A stretch of 60,164 nt of DNA, the filler included, from Hausera hauseri (taxonomy: Eukaryota), in assembly GCA_046269625.1 (NCBI GenBank). It is 10 parts of 10 records of this genome, joined end to end, with 100 filler letters (N's around TTAATTAATTAA, not from the genome) between each part and the next. Parts side by side here need not be neighbours in the genome. Positions count along the whole stretch, not along the records: positions 22,334 to 31,539 come from JBJURY010435471.1; positions 31,640 to 38,829 come from JBJURY010032002.1; 8 more parts are not named here. One strand, 5' to 3'. The notes below the pieces were generated by a model. It made no database searches. It was not told the origin of the DNA and saw nothing but the letters and a program-made list of their open reading frames with translations. Both the position numbers and the translations under genes were made by a program. This document shows, piece after piece, positions 22,334 to 38,929 of this stretch (positions within the stretch are counted from its first letter, which is position 1; the number at the start of each line of letters is the position of its first letter).

Positions 22334-25300
22334 CTGGAGATGGAAGCGAATTGTGCGATAAAGACGAAGTGAATAGTGGATTTGCAGGCGATGACGGTGA
22401 AGTAGTTGGTCAAAGATCAGTATATGATGACGCACATGAAGAGAACTGATTGTAAAGCTAGCGTGATTGCTGCGAAGGATTAAAATCATCAAGGAAATTA
22501 TATGATGGCTGGAGGGGAGAGAGGTTAGAGTTTGGATTCGAAACAGTGCCGTTATCCTGGTCATTGTCAACGAAAATGCTGCTTTAATATTAGAAATGTG
22601 TATATTTTGAGGTCTGTACTTAGGTAAAATAGTAGCGCTGTGCGAAGAAAGGTTGAGTAGTTTGTAAGGGCCAACGTATTGAGGCCGAAAACCAAAAGGT
22701 GATGGATCGTTCAGAAATACAAACTTGGCTGAGTATAAGTCCTCTGGAATATAAAGTTTGTCTTTATTTATAAGACGACAAAAGGCGTTTAAGTTTACAT
22801 TTACAAAATGGGACTCTGCCGCACGAATAACGTCATCTGATGAACTTTTATCAAAATTGGAGAGCTTAAATAGGGCACGAATTGGTGTCCCAAAGAGAGC
22901 CTCAGCTGGAGAACTGCAGGTGGGGGTGAATGACGTGTTGCGCCAACCGAGTAAAACAAGAGGAAGAGTTGAGGTTCAGTTATGATTGTTGTTTGCCAGG
23001 ATTTTTAAGGAAATCTTCGTGGTGAGGTGAAATCTCTCAAGAAGACAATTTGCTTGGAGATGGTACGGCGTCATATGAAAATGGGTCATCCCCAAGTACC
23101 TTACCAGAGATTTAAAAAAATCAGCGAGAAGCGCGATTCATCATCAATAAAATATATTGATAGCCGTTGTTGGTTGGTAAAGGACCCACAAAATCCAAAT
23201 GAACGGTGTCAAAGCGAGACGTGCAAGGGAAGTGGTTAAATGGTGGTTTGAGGTGTTTATGAACCTTATATTGTTGACATGCTACACATCCCTTAACCCA
23301 GACCTGTACATCTGTACGTATAATCGGCCATACAGCATGACGTTGCAGTAGACGGAATGTGGCTTTTGAACCCGGATGATGAAGAGAGTGAAAGTGAGTG
23401 AAAGCCGTTTTTTGTAGCGATGGAGCAAGGATGATTTTTTATTAGTCGAGTTGGATATGTCATAGGCGATTCCATCGATGATTTCAACCGATTTAAAAGC
23501 TTGAAAAATGTCAAATGATGACTGATTGCTTCTCAGAACTTCAGAGGAGAAAATTGGCTGAACTGTAATTGAGTTGACCGACCGCGACAAAAATATGTAA
23601 ACTAAATTTTCGGTGCATGAAATATATTTCATAAAAAAAGTAAATGTCGACGGGTATGACATCTGTCGTTCTTGACTGGGTGATGGTTGTTTCAACGTCA
23701 TGATATGAATTAGAGTCTTGTGGTCGGTTTAAATGATAAATTGACGTGATAGAAGCAAATGCTTTAAATGCTTTACCGCTAAAACTATGGCTAGGAGTTC
23801 ACGATCAAATGTTGAGTATCGGCTTTTTGGTTGCGTGAGCTTTCTGGAGTAGAATTCTAATGGCTCGTCAACACCATTGTATATTTAGTGTAATATCGCA
23901 CCAGTAGCTGTGGTTGAGACATCGGTTGTTAATATTAGTTCCGCGTTTGGTTTTGTAAAAGCCAGGATTTCAACGGTTTTCAGACCTTCACGAAGGCGAT
24001 CAAATTGATTTACTAGATTGGAAGTCCAGTGGATTAATTGCCTTTTCTTCCCAGATGAGAGATGTGCGAAAGGTGCCTTTAGTTCAGAGACGTGTGGCAC
24101 GTATTTGTGTACGAAATGCATTATCCCTAGAAAACTCCTCATATAGGTAGTAGTAGTTGGTAAGGTCACATTTTTTAATTGTTGTAAGCGATTAGGCTGG
24201 GGCGAATGACCTTGGGGAGTAATTATGTGACTTAAGAAGTTGACGCATTTCTGGAAGAAATTGCATTTGGCGAAATTGATTTGTAGGTTGCTTTGATACA
24301 ATATTTGAAAAATAATTCTAATGTGATCATGATGTTGTTTGATCGAGGTGGAAGTGACTAATATGTCATCTATGTATTGGTGAGCAAAGTCAAGACCTGA
24401 GAGAACGGTGTCAATGTGGCGTTGAAAAGTCTGCGATGCTCTACGTAGGCCGAAGTGCATGAAGATGTATTCATAAAGGCCAAATGGTGTGATTATAGCA
24501 GTCTTTGGAATATCATCAGGTGCAACAGGAATTTGATGGTAGGCCTTATGCAGATCAATGGTAGAGTAGGTATTGGTATTATTGAGGCTATGAAGAATAT
24601 CCTTAATGAGTTGTAGTGGATAGGCATGTGTAATAGTTAGGTTGTTTAATTTCAGATAGTCGCCACATGGCCTGTAAGTACCATCTTTTTTACTACTGCA
24701 TGAAGAGGACAGGCCCATGGAAAATTCGATGTCCGAACGATGCTAGACATTTCCAGTTCATTAAATTCCTGTTCCACAGCCTTACGTCTGCGTGGCGACA
24801 AGGGTCTGACCTTTTGTTTGATAGGCCTCTGATGCGCCATTATTATATGGTGATACGTTGTGGATGGAGGCTTGAAGTTGACGTCCCTTTTGACTATGCG
24901 AAAGCAAGACGTTGTGACGTATGATTTAAGATTGGAGTCTAGCAATAAGAATGATTGAGGCATATCATTAGAAAGAACAGCTGCGGTGATTGACGAAAAG
25001 CAAGTGGCATCGCTACTATCATCACCTAATTTGGATTTCTATCTTAGAATAGATTTATGATTGTTGTTCATAACTGAAGAAATACCGACTTTATCGGAAG
25101 CTTTTTTATAAATGATGAAGCGTTCAACATATTTACAAATGCGTACAATGAACTGCTCGCTAGATTGTCTGCGAGATGCATGTTTGGAATTGCGATCGAG
25201 TTCCTGCTTAGAAGACAACCGTATTTTCAATCGACCAATAGATCATGTGCGGCAAGAAAATCTGAGCCTATTATGGGAGGTTTAATATTGGCCACGTGAA

Positions 25301-27960
25301 ACTTCCAGACAAACGTATCTGGCAAGTTGGCGAAAGTAAAAGTCAGTTCCATGGTTCCTGCAACATGCAACGGTTGTCCACTGGCAGTGGAAAGCAGAGG
25401 ACAGGAAATTATAGTGGATGTAGGGGTGAAGGACAACGGACGGAGTAAGAAGGCAGCTCTTGTATCTATTAGGAATTCAATATGTGAGGTATCTCTGCAT
25501 AACAGTGTAGCTTTCAACAGAAAGATTGCAGAGGCGATGTTGAAACGTCTAGAAGATTGAGCGATATTGCCTGCGCCAGAATGTGCCGTAAAATCTGGAG
25601 CATTATTAGTTTTTTGAAAGGTTTGGAGACAAGGAAGAAGAGGAAGGAAAAGGAGAAAATTTATCTTCATAGTGTTTACAACCAGACACACATGAACTGG
25701 CCTGTGACTGATATTTGTTGTGGTATATGCAAATGAGGTTGCTTACAACGTATCGCATGCTATAGAATCGACAGCCTAAGAAGCATTTCCTTGCATCCTT
25801 TCAAAAATGCATGTGATGGAAGCAAGGTATACGTCCACCAGGTGACATAGATCGAGTTGAGTGTCTTGAAGTGCTTTGCTCCCTTGAAGTTCTGGTGTTA
25901 CTTCGTCGAGGCCCATTAATATTATTTAATTAAACGGTGATGACTGAAATTGACTGTTGTAACGTTTCAAATTGTTGTTGCATCAATTGCAGTTGTTGAG
26001 AGGAAGACCTAGTGTCTATATTTTAGGTATGTGCGGTTACAGCCACAATTGGGAGAGACTTTTTGGTGTGGAGAATCTCAAAGGACTTGTCGGCCACTAT
26101 GGCCAATCTTTCAATAGCAGTGGACTCGTCGACAACGGTGAGCAAAGCTCCGATTGAAGTAGGCAAATATCGTTTGAGCTACACACGAATCCACGTAAAC
26201 CGTATCGATCATCGTCCATTTTATTTGATTCATCCACCACAAGTTATCCACCAATGTCAGCAATTCGATTGTAAATGTTGCAGTACCGATTGTCCAGTTT
26301 TGTTAAGTAACCTGGTCGCAATTTTGGACCAAAATACAAAACATCCACATCACCGAAAAGGCCCATCCGTCCTTTGTGTTTCTTACTATTGTAACCAGCA
26401 ATAAAGATATTCAATGAAATTAGCGATATTAAGCAATATGCACAATATGACTGTCGAAGCAACTCTCGTAAATTTGATGGAAGTCGAACGTAATCATCTA
26501 ACTCTTCAATAATGCCATCAAAATCGGCTTTCGATTTACGACTAGAACTCATAATTGTTAAAGCTGAATCGTCGCCTGGACTAAAGTCCTCCGTAACTGG
26601 CAGTTGAAAAATATTGGATTCCAAATTTATTCAAATAAAATAGTAAAAAAATGGCGCAACAAATTCATTTGGTATTTTGGGCCGTTTGCAAGAAACATCA
26701 TTATTAGCCTCAAAAGATTCAACAGATAAAGATCTTTTACTTAATGATTTATCTAACGAATTGTTTCTATTAACGTCACCTGAGTTCACAGGAATAGGAC
26801 ATGAAGTCTTGGAAATTCATTGGACATCAACTTCGATAAATTACATCTAGCACTTGTTTTGAATTCCGCACTAATATTTAATGCACTGAAATCGCTTTCA
26901 TTGAAATTCTCGTTATCTTTGTCTATAATTCTGCATGTTGCATTTGGAGGTAGAGGAAACAATGACGAATGAGTGAAGAGAAACAGGCGGAAAATAGGGG
27001 CCCCACTATGGCCCCGACGCGACGGCAGCGGACGCCCGTCCGTGCCCAACCAAATGGGCCAAAATGTACCGGCCGCTGTAGACACCACAGCAAAGATGAC
27101 AAAAAATAACGGCGAATTAAATCTGCCTTATTGATAAGCGTTACTCCTAAAGCTCTAAGCTGCCGAATGGCCGTATGGAGAAAATCGGATGGTTTTTGGT
27201 TTCCTATCGCATGATCATTAAAGTATTTTCGTATAATGTGATCTATCGAAGGATCAGTGATATGGAGTACAGCCTCACAGAATATTTCATATAGTGTCGA
27301 TGATTGGAGCAGCTGGAAGATGTTACTGATCTGCTGCTTGATGATGGCAGGCAGAAGTATCAAAAGACTATTGGCTCGGACAAAGGAGTAGGTGATGTTG
27401 TTGGATTTTAGGTACTGTTGGTGGAATTGGAGCCATGGTTTCCTGGTGTTGTTTTTATCAAGAAAAAAATCCACACAAGGTTGATTTAGCGAGGCTCGTG
27501 TTTGTTGACAGTTTGGTACACAATAGACGTTGTGTGTATTTGTGGATTTATCATCTGAGAAAGGCTGATTTGAGTCCGATCCACCCCAAAGGCGAAAATT
27601 GAGCATGGGATTGATGACTGGACGTTCGTCGCATGCCAAAGACAGAAGGGAGCCGACAGGATGTACAGTGACACCTCGATGTGTGAAATAGAAGTTAGAA
27701 GTGTTGAGTGAGGAGGATAATGAGTTGTATAGGAGCTGCGCTGTGGCGTTGAGTGGAGCTCTAATGGTGTTAATGTGTTAATTATTGCTAAAGACCAGGA
27801 AGGCGAGTTGCTGCGACGTAATCCCAGGAGAATGTTGAAATATGGGGGGGGGCTTGGGCGGTTTCCTTCTGGGTTAAAGAGAGGTTCGAGCGTACAGCCG
27901 GGGAAGCAGTGGCAAATGATGGTTGAGATAAAGGAATATCCAAAGTTATTGAGCTTAAAA
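22334..27960 (-). mobile_element. Degraded near-complete CsRn1-like Ty3/Gypsy element (gag-PR-RT-RNase H-IN); gag split by a 922-bp insertion
   Basis: Gag IGNQKPSDFL (ORF 26923-27639) resumes at LPTSIGALL at about 26165. CHCC fingers about 25680-25825; FLIDTRAAF; RT KTAIITPFGLYEY..FGLRRASQTFQR..YIDD; RNase H LTTDVSTTATGA; integrase GPY at about 22670. Confidence 0.92.
26168..27089 (-). mobile_element. 922-bp insertion in gag: GC-rich LTR-like start + unidentified coding-like cargo, 5-bp TSD
   Basis: Flanked by GCAAA (26163-26167 and 27090-27094). Minus strand runs TGTGGT...ACGATA. Removing it and one TSD restores gag RRYFLSSLPTSIGALL. Confidence 0.7.
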
Positions 27961-28319
27961 AGTTTTCAAAATTAAAATTGGTGTTGGTCATTAAAATTTG
28001 TGAGCGCAGAAAATGGCCGCACTGGTGTGCGCAAACCAGTAAAAGGAACTTCGCCAACCTGTGCTTGAATGTCTGAATCCCGGATGTCGAATTCTGCCAC
28101 ATCTGAACTGTTCTACCCACTGGGTTATTCTTACTAATCAAATCGACGCCGGTCTCATCGACACCTCTCGAATGTTTGTTCTTTCTTTTGTCAAATACAT
28201 TGTTACCAAGTGACTTTGAGAGGATATTGTGAAGAATAGTAAGGAATTTTGAGCCTTTTAACTGATTCCTACTGCTCCAGAAATGGAGAATGCTGACAGT
28301 GAAGTAGCCACCTTTCTCC

Positions 28320-30640
<2,321 letters not shown>

Positions 30641-30665
30641 ATAAGTGTTCTTCCTCCTGTCGGTT

Positions 30666-31539
30666 AGTAGTATAAAAATGCCGGTCCTGGCTCACCACCT
30701 CCTCCTCTCCTCCCCTCCCTTCCTTCTCCTCCGCCTGCAGCCAATCAGAAGCGTGCTTGATGCGCGCACACGCACTGGCTGGGTAGAATCGGCGACGGAG
30801 AGTTTAAAAAATACCGTGAAAAATGCACGTTGCACCCCGGAAGCAGGAGAAGTGCACAAAAAAGCGGATGTTAGAAGGAAACGGCGCACGGTCATGTGTG
30901 GCTCGTGGAAATGATGGGCAGCAATGGTGCATCAAAAGCCAAAGGAACGAAGCCGATGGGATGCAGCGCAGAAGCAAGTGGCGAGGACAAAAAAGCGAGC
31001 CAGGACCGGCATATAGTTTGTGAGGAACGGGAAAACGTTATGGGTGAGTCGACACCGGTCCCGTAACAATTGGATGATGAGTAACCGAACGGTATCGGGA
31101 AGGAAGGTGCATGATGCACCGATGACGTCACAGACACCCATGTGTATGTGTGCACTGATGATGGAACCCAGTGTCGAGTAGCATATCAAACAAAAGCCCA
31201 AGACACAGGTTATTGGATCCCGGTGTTCGAATGGAAATAACCCAATCCGGAACGGAAGTGCGATGAGAAACATCGAAAATCGGCAAAGGGTATACCAGTA
31301 TAATAACAGGAATATACCAGTATAATAACGCTGCACAATTGCAAAAGTGCGTAAAATGAAAAAGTGCACCTGCACACCGATCAATAATCACAGCACACTC
31401 GAATTGTACACTGATTGAAAGTGCATTGTCTACTGCACACGCTTGTACATGTGCCATTTTGGTATCATTGATTTAAAATTTATACCGGAAAGGCCTATGG
31501 CGGTTCTGCCCCACTTGCGAATTATTCGAAAACCAATCA
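30666..31539 (+). repeat. GC-rich non-coding block starting AGTAGT; probable transposon terminus/TIR
   Basis: Abrupt GC increase next to the NBEA fragment, C/T-rich tract and CCAAT motif; no credible protein. Confidence 0.35.
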
Positions 31540-34346
31540 NNNNNNNNNNNNNNNNNNNNNNNNNNNNNNNNNNNNNNNNNNNNTTAATTAATTAANNNNN
31601 NNNNNNNNNNNNNNNNNNNNNNNNNNNNNNNNNNNNNNNTTTAATTTTATTACATATATTATTATGCAGGGGTATGTAAATTTTGACTATATTATCCATA
31701 TTACCCATATTACTTGTACTTTACACTATTACACTATTAAGCCTACAATGCTCATTTACATACTGTCATGAAAGAAAAATATTAGATGTATACTAAACTG
31801 AAATTTACAGTACGAACGCACTAATACAGTTGTTACTACCTTCTGCTTGAGATAGTTTCGCTGGTATATTACAGGCATGATATACAGCATGTTTAGCATC
31901 CGATTCTATTTGTATTTAATGGGTCGATTTTTGTATGTATCAAGGAAGTTAATATGCAAGACAACAACAAGAATGATACCCTAATTGCACAGAATACACA
32001 AAAAACGGCGATAAAGAAAAGTATGATAAATAATAACCGCAACAAAGATGCTCACGAAAAGTAAATTTCAATCCTATCTTAGCGTGGACGGCCTGAACTG
32101 ACACCGCAAAAACGAAGTTCACGATTGTGAAATTTGTGCCTGTTCTTGATCGTATAGTCCTACCATAAGCCTTATCGGAAAATGATCTGTTACACGTAGT
32201 CCCTTAAATTGGTGGAGAAATTGCAGTAATGGAGAATTTTAATCTAACTCTAAGGATAATCTTCACCCGAATAATCGGCACTGTGTAAATGTTCAACAAA
32301 CCTACCGAACATTGATTAAGAGAACTATAAAAGGATTTAATAAAATTCCAAGCTGCCTCATTAAATACTTTAACTTTCCTTTCGTATATAACGTTAACTA
32401 CACATACTTTCATCGATACTATTCGGTTACTTTGAAACAATTATATAAAATGCTAAAAATTGAGTATTTTGGTTGAAACACCAACAATTTTAGTTTTCTT
32501 GTTATATATGCGAATTTTGTCGACGTCTTACAAAGAGATAAGCTTTACTGATCAATCATAAAAATATTTTATGTAATAAAATTCTTAAATAAAAATTCTT
32601 AGAAATTCGATGACAAATTTTACAACAATTATTTTTTATGGATATATACCACCATTTATAAAATATTCAATACTTACCGAAAATTCCCATTAATTTATTT
32701 AATTTACGAAAATTTTCACATTTTTAATATTCGTATAAAATGAACTCTGCTATGTTTGTGCAGCATTTATCCCAAGATGAGCAATTGTTACGTGAGGCTT
32801 GTTCCTTGGTCATATTCCTTTATACACCACTGGTCCACAACGTAGCAATGGTCAGTTATTCATCACTGCATTCGAGTTATTCCGACTAACTATAATCATC
32901 AATTATAATCCTTGGGTGTTAACGTTTGAGATAGCATTTCCAGTAGCGAGTGTATTCGCTTCCACCATAAATGTCTAAGCAATTCCTCTGATGATCGTGA
33001 ATTCTCGAGTGGTTCTCATCTGCAATTCTGAAGATCATTTTTAGGGCTTCTTTGTGCAGACCCGATCTTTGAAATTCTATTTTTGAAATTGAACGATAAT
33101 CGGTTCCCGGACATTTCACGTTGATACGTGATTTGAATTTTCATTTTAAAAATTGAATTTAGTTTAATTCTCGGGCATCTATGCATTAGGATTCGTCATC
33201 ACCAAATTTGATAGGTTGTTTTGAAAAGGGCCTAAATCAGTAAAAGATAAATGTGACTTACGCCCTTTTCAACATAACCTATTCAATTTTCTTTGGAAGT
33301 TGCTGAACAGAATTGAATTTTTAAAATTGCCTACAAGCAATTAACCAAACCGATCGGCGTCTATAGAAACTTGACCTTCAGGTTTGTACTTATTAATTAA
33401 CGAAAATGTATACGTTAATTATTAGTAAATTATACTATTGTATTTTACACTAATTTTGTATATTTAATATGCCCCAACACTTGTTCATTATGCGTCACAT
33501 CACATTGGTGCTTGTGCATTTCTTATTTCATTGTAAATGTTGGTTATTTAGTTATAACCTGGTTAATTGATTATTTTAGCGCCGTGGATACCAACGCTTT
33601 GCAATCTGCAGGAATTGTATAGATACCCATCAAAACAAGGAAGGCGTTTACATATGTACAAGGATTTATAATTTATACAGAATATTCACATTGTCATAGT
33701 CAGATTAATCTGAACTGCACAAATTTGAATCAGGAAATATTATTGTCAATGTTTTGTTAATTTTGGATCACATAATTTTCACTGTATTTTTCAAGTTCTA
33801 CTGAGCTAAAATTTGGGATTTTTTTATTTCTAATCTATATATTAACAAACCTTAACATTTCGTCCCCTTTAAAAAAGGATTCGGTTCTCCGGATCTGTCT
33901 TGGTACTGACATCGATATTATTGAGGAGTCTTGGTTTGATTACTAACGTGGCGTTGTTTACTGGATTGACCCAATGGCACAGGCGTTGGCATCGTTCGTC
34001 ATAAGTATTTTGTGCGGTATGGGCATAATTCCAGTTGAACGCGAGCCGGTGTAAACCTTTCGATCATGTTTTTTACTGAAGTGGCAGATGCCGATAATAT
34101 AAACTTTGGTTCCTCATTTTTTCGCCAAAATGGTGACAGATTCCGGAAATGCTATGAAAAAATAACTAAGAATATTAAGGGCAATCTGTGACTATACTAT
34201 TCATAACATTTATTTACGATATAAAACTGTAAATGGTTTACATCAGTTTTCTTCGCATTCTTTGTTTTTGTCAACTCAGCAAGTTTATCAAAATTTATTT
34301 GAATCATTTTAGGGCAAGAACAATTTTGATTTGGAGTATTTGTGAC

Positions 34347-35214
34347 TTATTTAAACGTATAACAAAACATATAGACAGGACGCTCCCAAATCCTCACATT
34401 ATCGACTGTAGATATCTTTACGGCGCATTTGATTGCCTCGGACGTCCAGTTAACTTCTATAGCAGTTCCTGGAACAACTGTTTTGGATTTTGTGTGCAAC
34501 GGATTTAAATGACTCAAACGTTTATGTTTGTCCATTTCATGATTGGTGTAACCGGATATAGCGAGGTGATTGCGGGAACAAGCGAACATGCGCCCTAGAG
34601 CAAGATAAAAACTCTCCAGAGTGACCGCGCGACAATTGTATGTTGCACCTTCGGCATCCATATTTCTAAGAATTTGTCGTAAAGATTCGATGGGTATGAC
34701 TCTCATTGTCGGTACACAACCAAAAGGACAAATCACTAGCATTGTAAAATATTAAAAGGTTCCCATTTATTTCTTGGAATCTTAAAAACAGACTGTTAAA
34801 TTTTACTAGTAATTTATAAGTAAGTTTATTACGTTATGAGTGTTGACATCGATATTGTGAAATGCATGTATAATAATTTCCATAAACAATTCAGTGGGGA
34901 TGTCGTATGAAATAAAAATTGAAAAGAAAATTGAAATATGTATAAACAAGTCGAGTAAACAATGTGTAATGGAATTACCGGATCTTTGTTCTTGTCCCCG
35001 GAGTGTCGTGCTGGTAGTGCGCAGGGACGTACCAGTATACAGTTCGTCGAGGTGGGCCGGAAGGACCTCTGATACCAATGTAATCCTCTGTTACACCGGA
35101 TGAGATTCGGAAATGCATTGTTAATTCGACCAGAATGCACGACTGACAATCCTTCGGGGCACCGTAACTCGCTCTTGAGATGTTCAAGTTGCGGCATGCA
35201 ACAATTGAAAACAT
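34347..35214 (-). other. Possible exon remnants of an unidentified host gene
   Basis: GC-elevated open segments (about 34380-34735 and 34979-35217) in AT-rich DNA with AG/GT-like borders; no motif recognised. Confidence 0.25.
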
Positions 35215-35610
35215 CTCCTGACCAAGGCAATGTACAGGACAACATAAAAAGGTAAATGGTTATGCCGATAATTGAAAAGGATCGCTGTTATCTAACATAC
35301 AATTACTAACATTCAGATATTTTATTAAAAGGACAAGGAAGACCAAATTTTCCAAATTGAGCACACCAAATTACCAGGCTGGATCACACAAAATTATTAG
35401 CAACGTAAAATCGTAATAACATGCTTGAGATTAAATGAATGCGGTAAATGAATGTGTGTGTGTGTGTTGTCGAAATGAATAAACTGAAAATAGCAAATTG
35501 ACATTTAATTAAAAATTATACAATACCATTCAATGGTTTTCGTGCACTTTCCTTTTTATAAATTATCAATAATTTTGCAAATAAATTTAAATTCATTAAA
35601 TGTCAGTCTA

Positions 35611-37712
35611 CAGTGTGCCCAAATTATTTTTGCCGACATTTATGTACTTATCATTATACTCCCGTGAAAAATGTTTTTATAGACTTTTGTGGAATTTTAA
35701 AGAATTTCTTCCTATTTTGTGGACACATTTTCTGCAAATACTCGATTTTTCAGCTTATGACAATTAATATAATGTTATTGTTTTTTCAGAAATGAAAAAT
35801 TACAATTCTGTTGACATCCACACTACTAAATTGAAAGCGTTTTTCTTATTGTGGAAAAAAGACTTCTTTATGCAATAAGATTTTGCCAGATATCCTGAAG
35901 AAAGCAGTGTCTGCCGAAAATTTGATAAAGAATAAAACATTGTGCAGCAAGGGTCTCGTTTTTTCAACTTTAAGTTTATTTAGAATGCTGCTAGGAGAAA
36001 ATTTCAAAATTCCGTTAATATTTATTTTCGAACGCAGCATAAATAGAATTTTGTTTATGCCTGTTGAGTAAAGTTCAAAAATCAATGAATGCTTGTGTGT
36101 GTCGTTAATTATGTTTATTTTTCTATGATTGATTTTTATTCTTCGTACGGGTGATGGCGTAATTATTTTTTGCTTTATGTCGAATTTTTCCTTATGCGGG
36201 TGATTGCTGAAATGTTGAAAATATGTTAACGAAATATATACATTTTACAAATAATTTTTCTTAATTGAAATTACATTTACCTCCTGTCTGTATAAGCACA
36301 TTCAAACAATGCAGAAGTGAACAGGTTGATTTTATAATTTTTATCCGATGAATTGCGTTCTAATTACGTTTGTACGGCAAATTTTGAATCCTTTCTCATT
36401 CCAATAAGACAGACGTTTTCATTTATGTTCTGGACAATTATTACTAGTGAAACAATTCCTAGTGACTGAAAAATTATGAGCTATAATGAATAAATGCCGT
36501 TATTACATACCACATCATAAATAATTCGTAAATTAAATTTGTTTGTTTACAGTTTTATTTATATAGTAAATGTTTGTATTTAATGTAATGACGAATGTAT
36601 GTATTTATATTTAAATGTTACACAATAATTTTATAATACAGTATCATGTGTAAATCGTGGGAAATATTTAATTAATTAAATAATATTAATACCAACAATA
36701 TTCAGAGAAACATGCCATGAAGTAACCAAATCCCATTTAGTTGTTTCTGTTAAACAATTTCAGATATTACAAAGAACGACAGCATTAAATAATGTACAAT
36801 ATTCCCCATATTAATTATTTCCAAAAATTAAATACCATTTTAAAACAATATTTTCCATGGAAATTAAACGAAATATCGCCAAGGTCATTTTCAGTATATT
36901 TCAAAGGATTTTAAAAATAGTTTTTTACATATCATTAAAATAAATTACCATCGAGAAATTAATCAATAAATAGTTTTGTGTGTAAATATTCATGTAAAAA
37001 AATTTTCCACACGGATGTATTTATACCTAAATGTGGACGTGCAGCTAAACATTATATCGAAATAAACCCATAAGGTACATTTGATTAACTATTCGATGCA
37101 ACTAGTGCTTGCCGAACTGAATATGTTACAAAATAAAATACTAATTGTTTGAGTTTTACGTTTATTTACTAAATCGCTATGGTGCACATGAAATTCACAC
37201 AAACAAAAATAATTCCATACAAACGCGTAAAAAACGGGCCTTTGCATTTTACGAATTTATTTGCCAAACTGAGAAGAAACTGCAAACATGTGTGTGTGTG
37301 TGTGCGTAAAATGTTATTTTGTAAAAGTAACTTTATAGCAACTATTGCTGAAAGAAGTTAAATAGAATAATAAATTTGATATTTAAAAATAAATGTAAAA
37401 GAAAATCATAGTTTCGACATCTGATGATACTTAAATGTTGCTTTTACTTATAATGTTGATTTCAGCCATCATTTACAACTTTTCGATTATCTTAATTTAA
37501 AATATGATTGGTTGTATTCAGCATAATGTATTCATTCAGTTAATGAGCTGCACCACGTACCAGCTACTTTACGTAAATCCTGTTTTGCATCATGTACGAT
37601 ATAAATATGATAATAATGACTATAATGATGATAAAAGTCTGTAAAAGCATTTTTGACGGGAGTATAATACATAAGTACATAAATGTCGACAAAAATAATT
37701 TGGGACACACTG
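35611..37712. mobile_element. Non-autonomous Tc1/mariner-like TIR element (about 2.1 kb) inside a longer inverted repeat (35444-35690 / 37632-37883)
   Basis: TA|CAGTGTGCCCAAATTATTTTTG ... CAAAAATAATTTGGGACACACTG|TA; no transposase ORF inside. Confidence 0.6.
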
Positions 37713-38929
37713 TAGACTGGCATTAAATGAATTTAAATTTATTCGCAAAACTATTAAAAATTTATAGAAACGAAAGTGGACGAAAACCATTGAATGATAT
37801 TGTATAGTTTTTAATTCAATGTCAATTTGCAATTTTCAGCTTGTTTCTTTCGCTAACACACACACACACACACATTCATTTACAATATTTATAAATTTCA
37901 TTATTTAAAAAAACGATATTTCCGTTTGTCGAAAAATGAATTTTGCATATAGAATTGTCAGATTTCGTTTGTAAATGCGTGACAAAATTCGAATAAAAGA
38001 ATCTTTCTCAATCATAAAATCAATCTGTTGAACACATGCTGTAATAAAACAATGAACGTATCATTATCCTTGTCCACAGTATTTTTATTCCATGGAAATA
38101 ATTTTATTTTTAGTACAAAAGAATTGTAAATAATACTCAAGAATTATTGAAAAATATTTGGAAAATTCCCTATTTTGATTTATCACATGAGATGATTTCC
38201 TCTGTATATTAGTGACACGTCTTTGATTTGTGAATCCGTGAAATTTCTTTGTTTAATTACGTATGTAGTTCAAAAAGTTCGTTGAAAAATTATTCTTAGG
38301 ATTTTGTTTAATCGAACAAGTATATGAAATTTGATTTGTGAAAAATTTGAATTTAATCGTTGATATTTGTAGTAAATGTTAATTTCCTAAATGAAATTTC
38401 ATATAGATCGATATAAAGTATATGTTCACTATCCTAATGTAATATTTTGTATTTGTATAATATGTCATGTATATAGTATTAAATAAGTACATAAATGAGT
38501 ATGAAAGTGTATTTTTCAAATGAATCTAAAATACTTTATATATCATACTGCTCATTTTATGCACGAAAGGAATTATTTTTATAATGACTATATATAGAGT
38601 TAATCAAACTTAGTTTTTCACAATTTGTTTTAAACGCGAATTGTGCAAACGAATGTGAAAGTTTCGCAAAATTTATTATTTTAAATTTATAGAGATAAAC
38701 AAAATTCTACGAATAATTTTTCCACATACTTTTTGAACTACCCACGTATTATGTTAAGCATATCAATAACTTTACTAATATTTTTATTAAGATATCCATA
38801 GAAACCATATAGTGGTACATGTTCAGATANNNNNNNNNNNNNNNNNNNNNNNNNNNNNNNNNNNNNNNNNNNNTTAATTAATTAANNNNNNNNNNNNNNN
38901 NNNNNNNNNNNNNNNNNNNNNNNNNNNNN

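Noticed and set aside
26170-26624. Assignment of the insert cargo to RhoGAP or SLC33A1
   Set aside because: Only vague resemblance in different frames; not supportable without a search.
30645-31457. Cluster of overlapping short ORFs
   Set aside because: Expected by chance in a GC-rich repeat; no recognisable domains.
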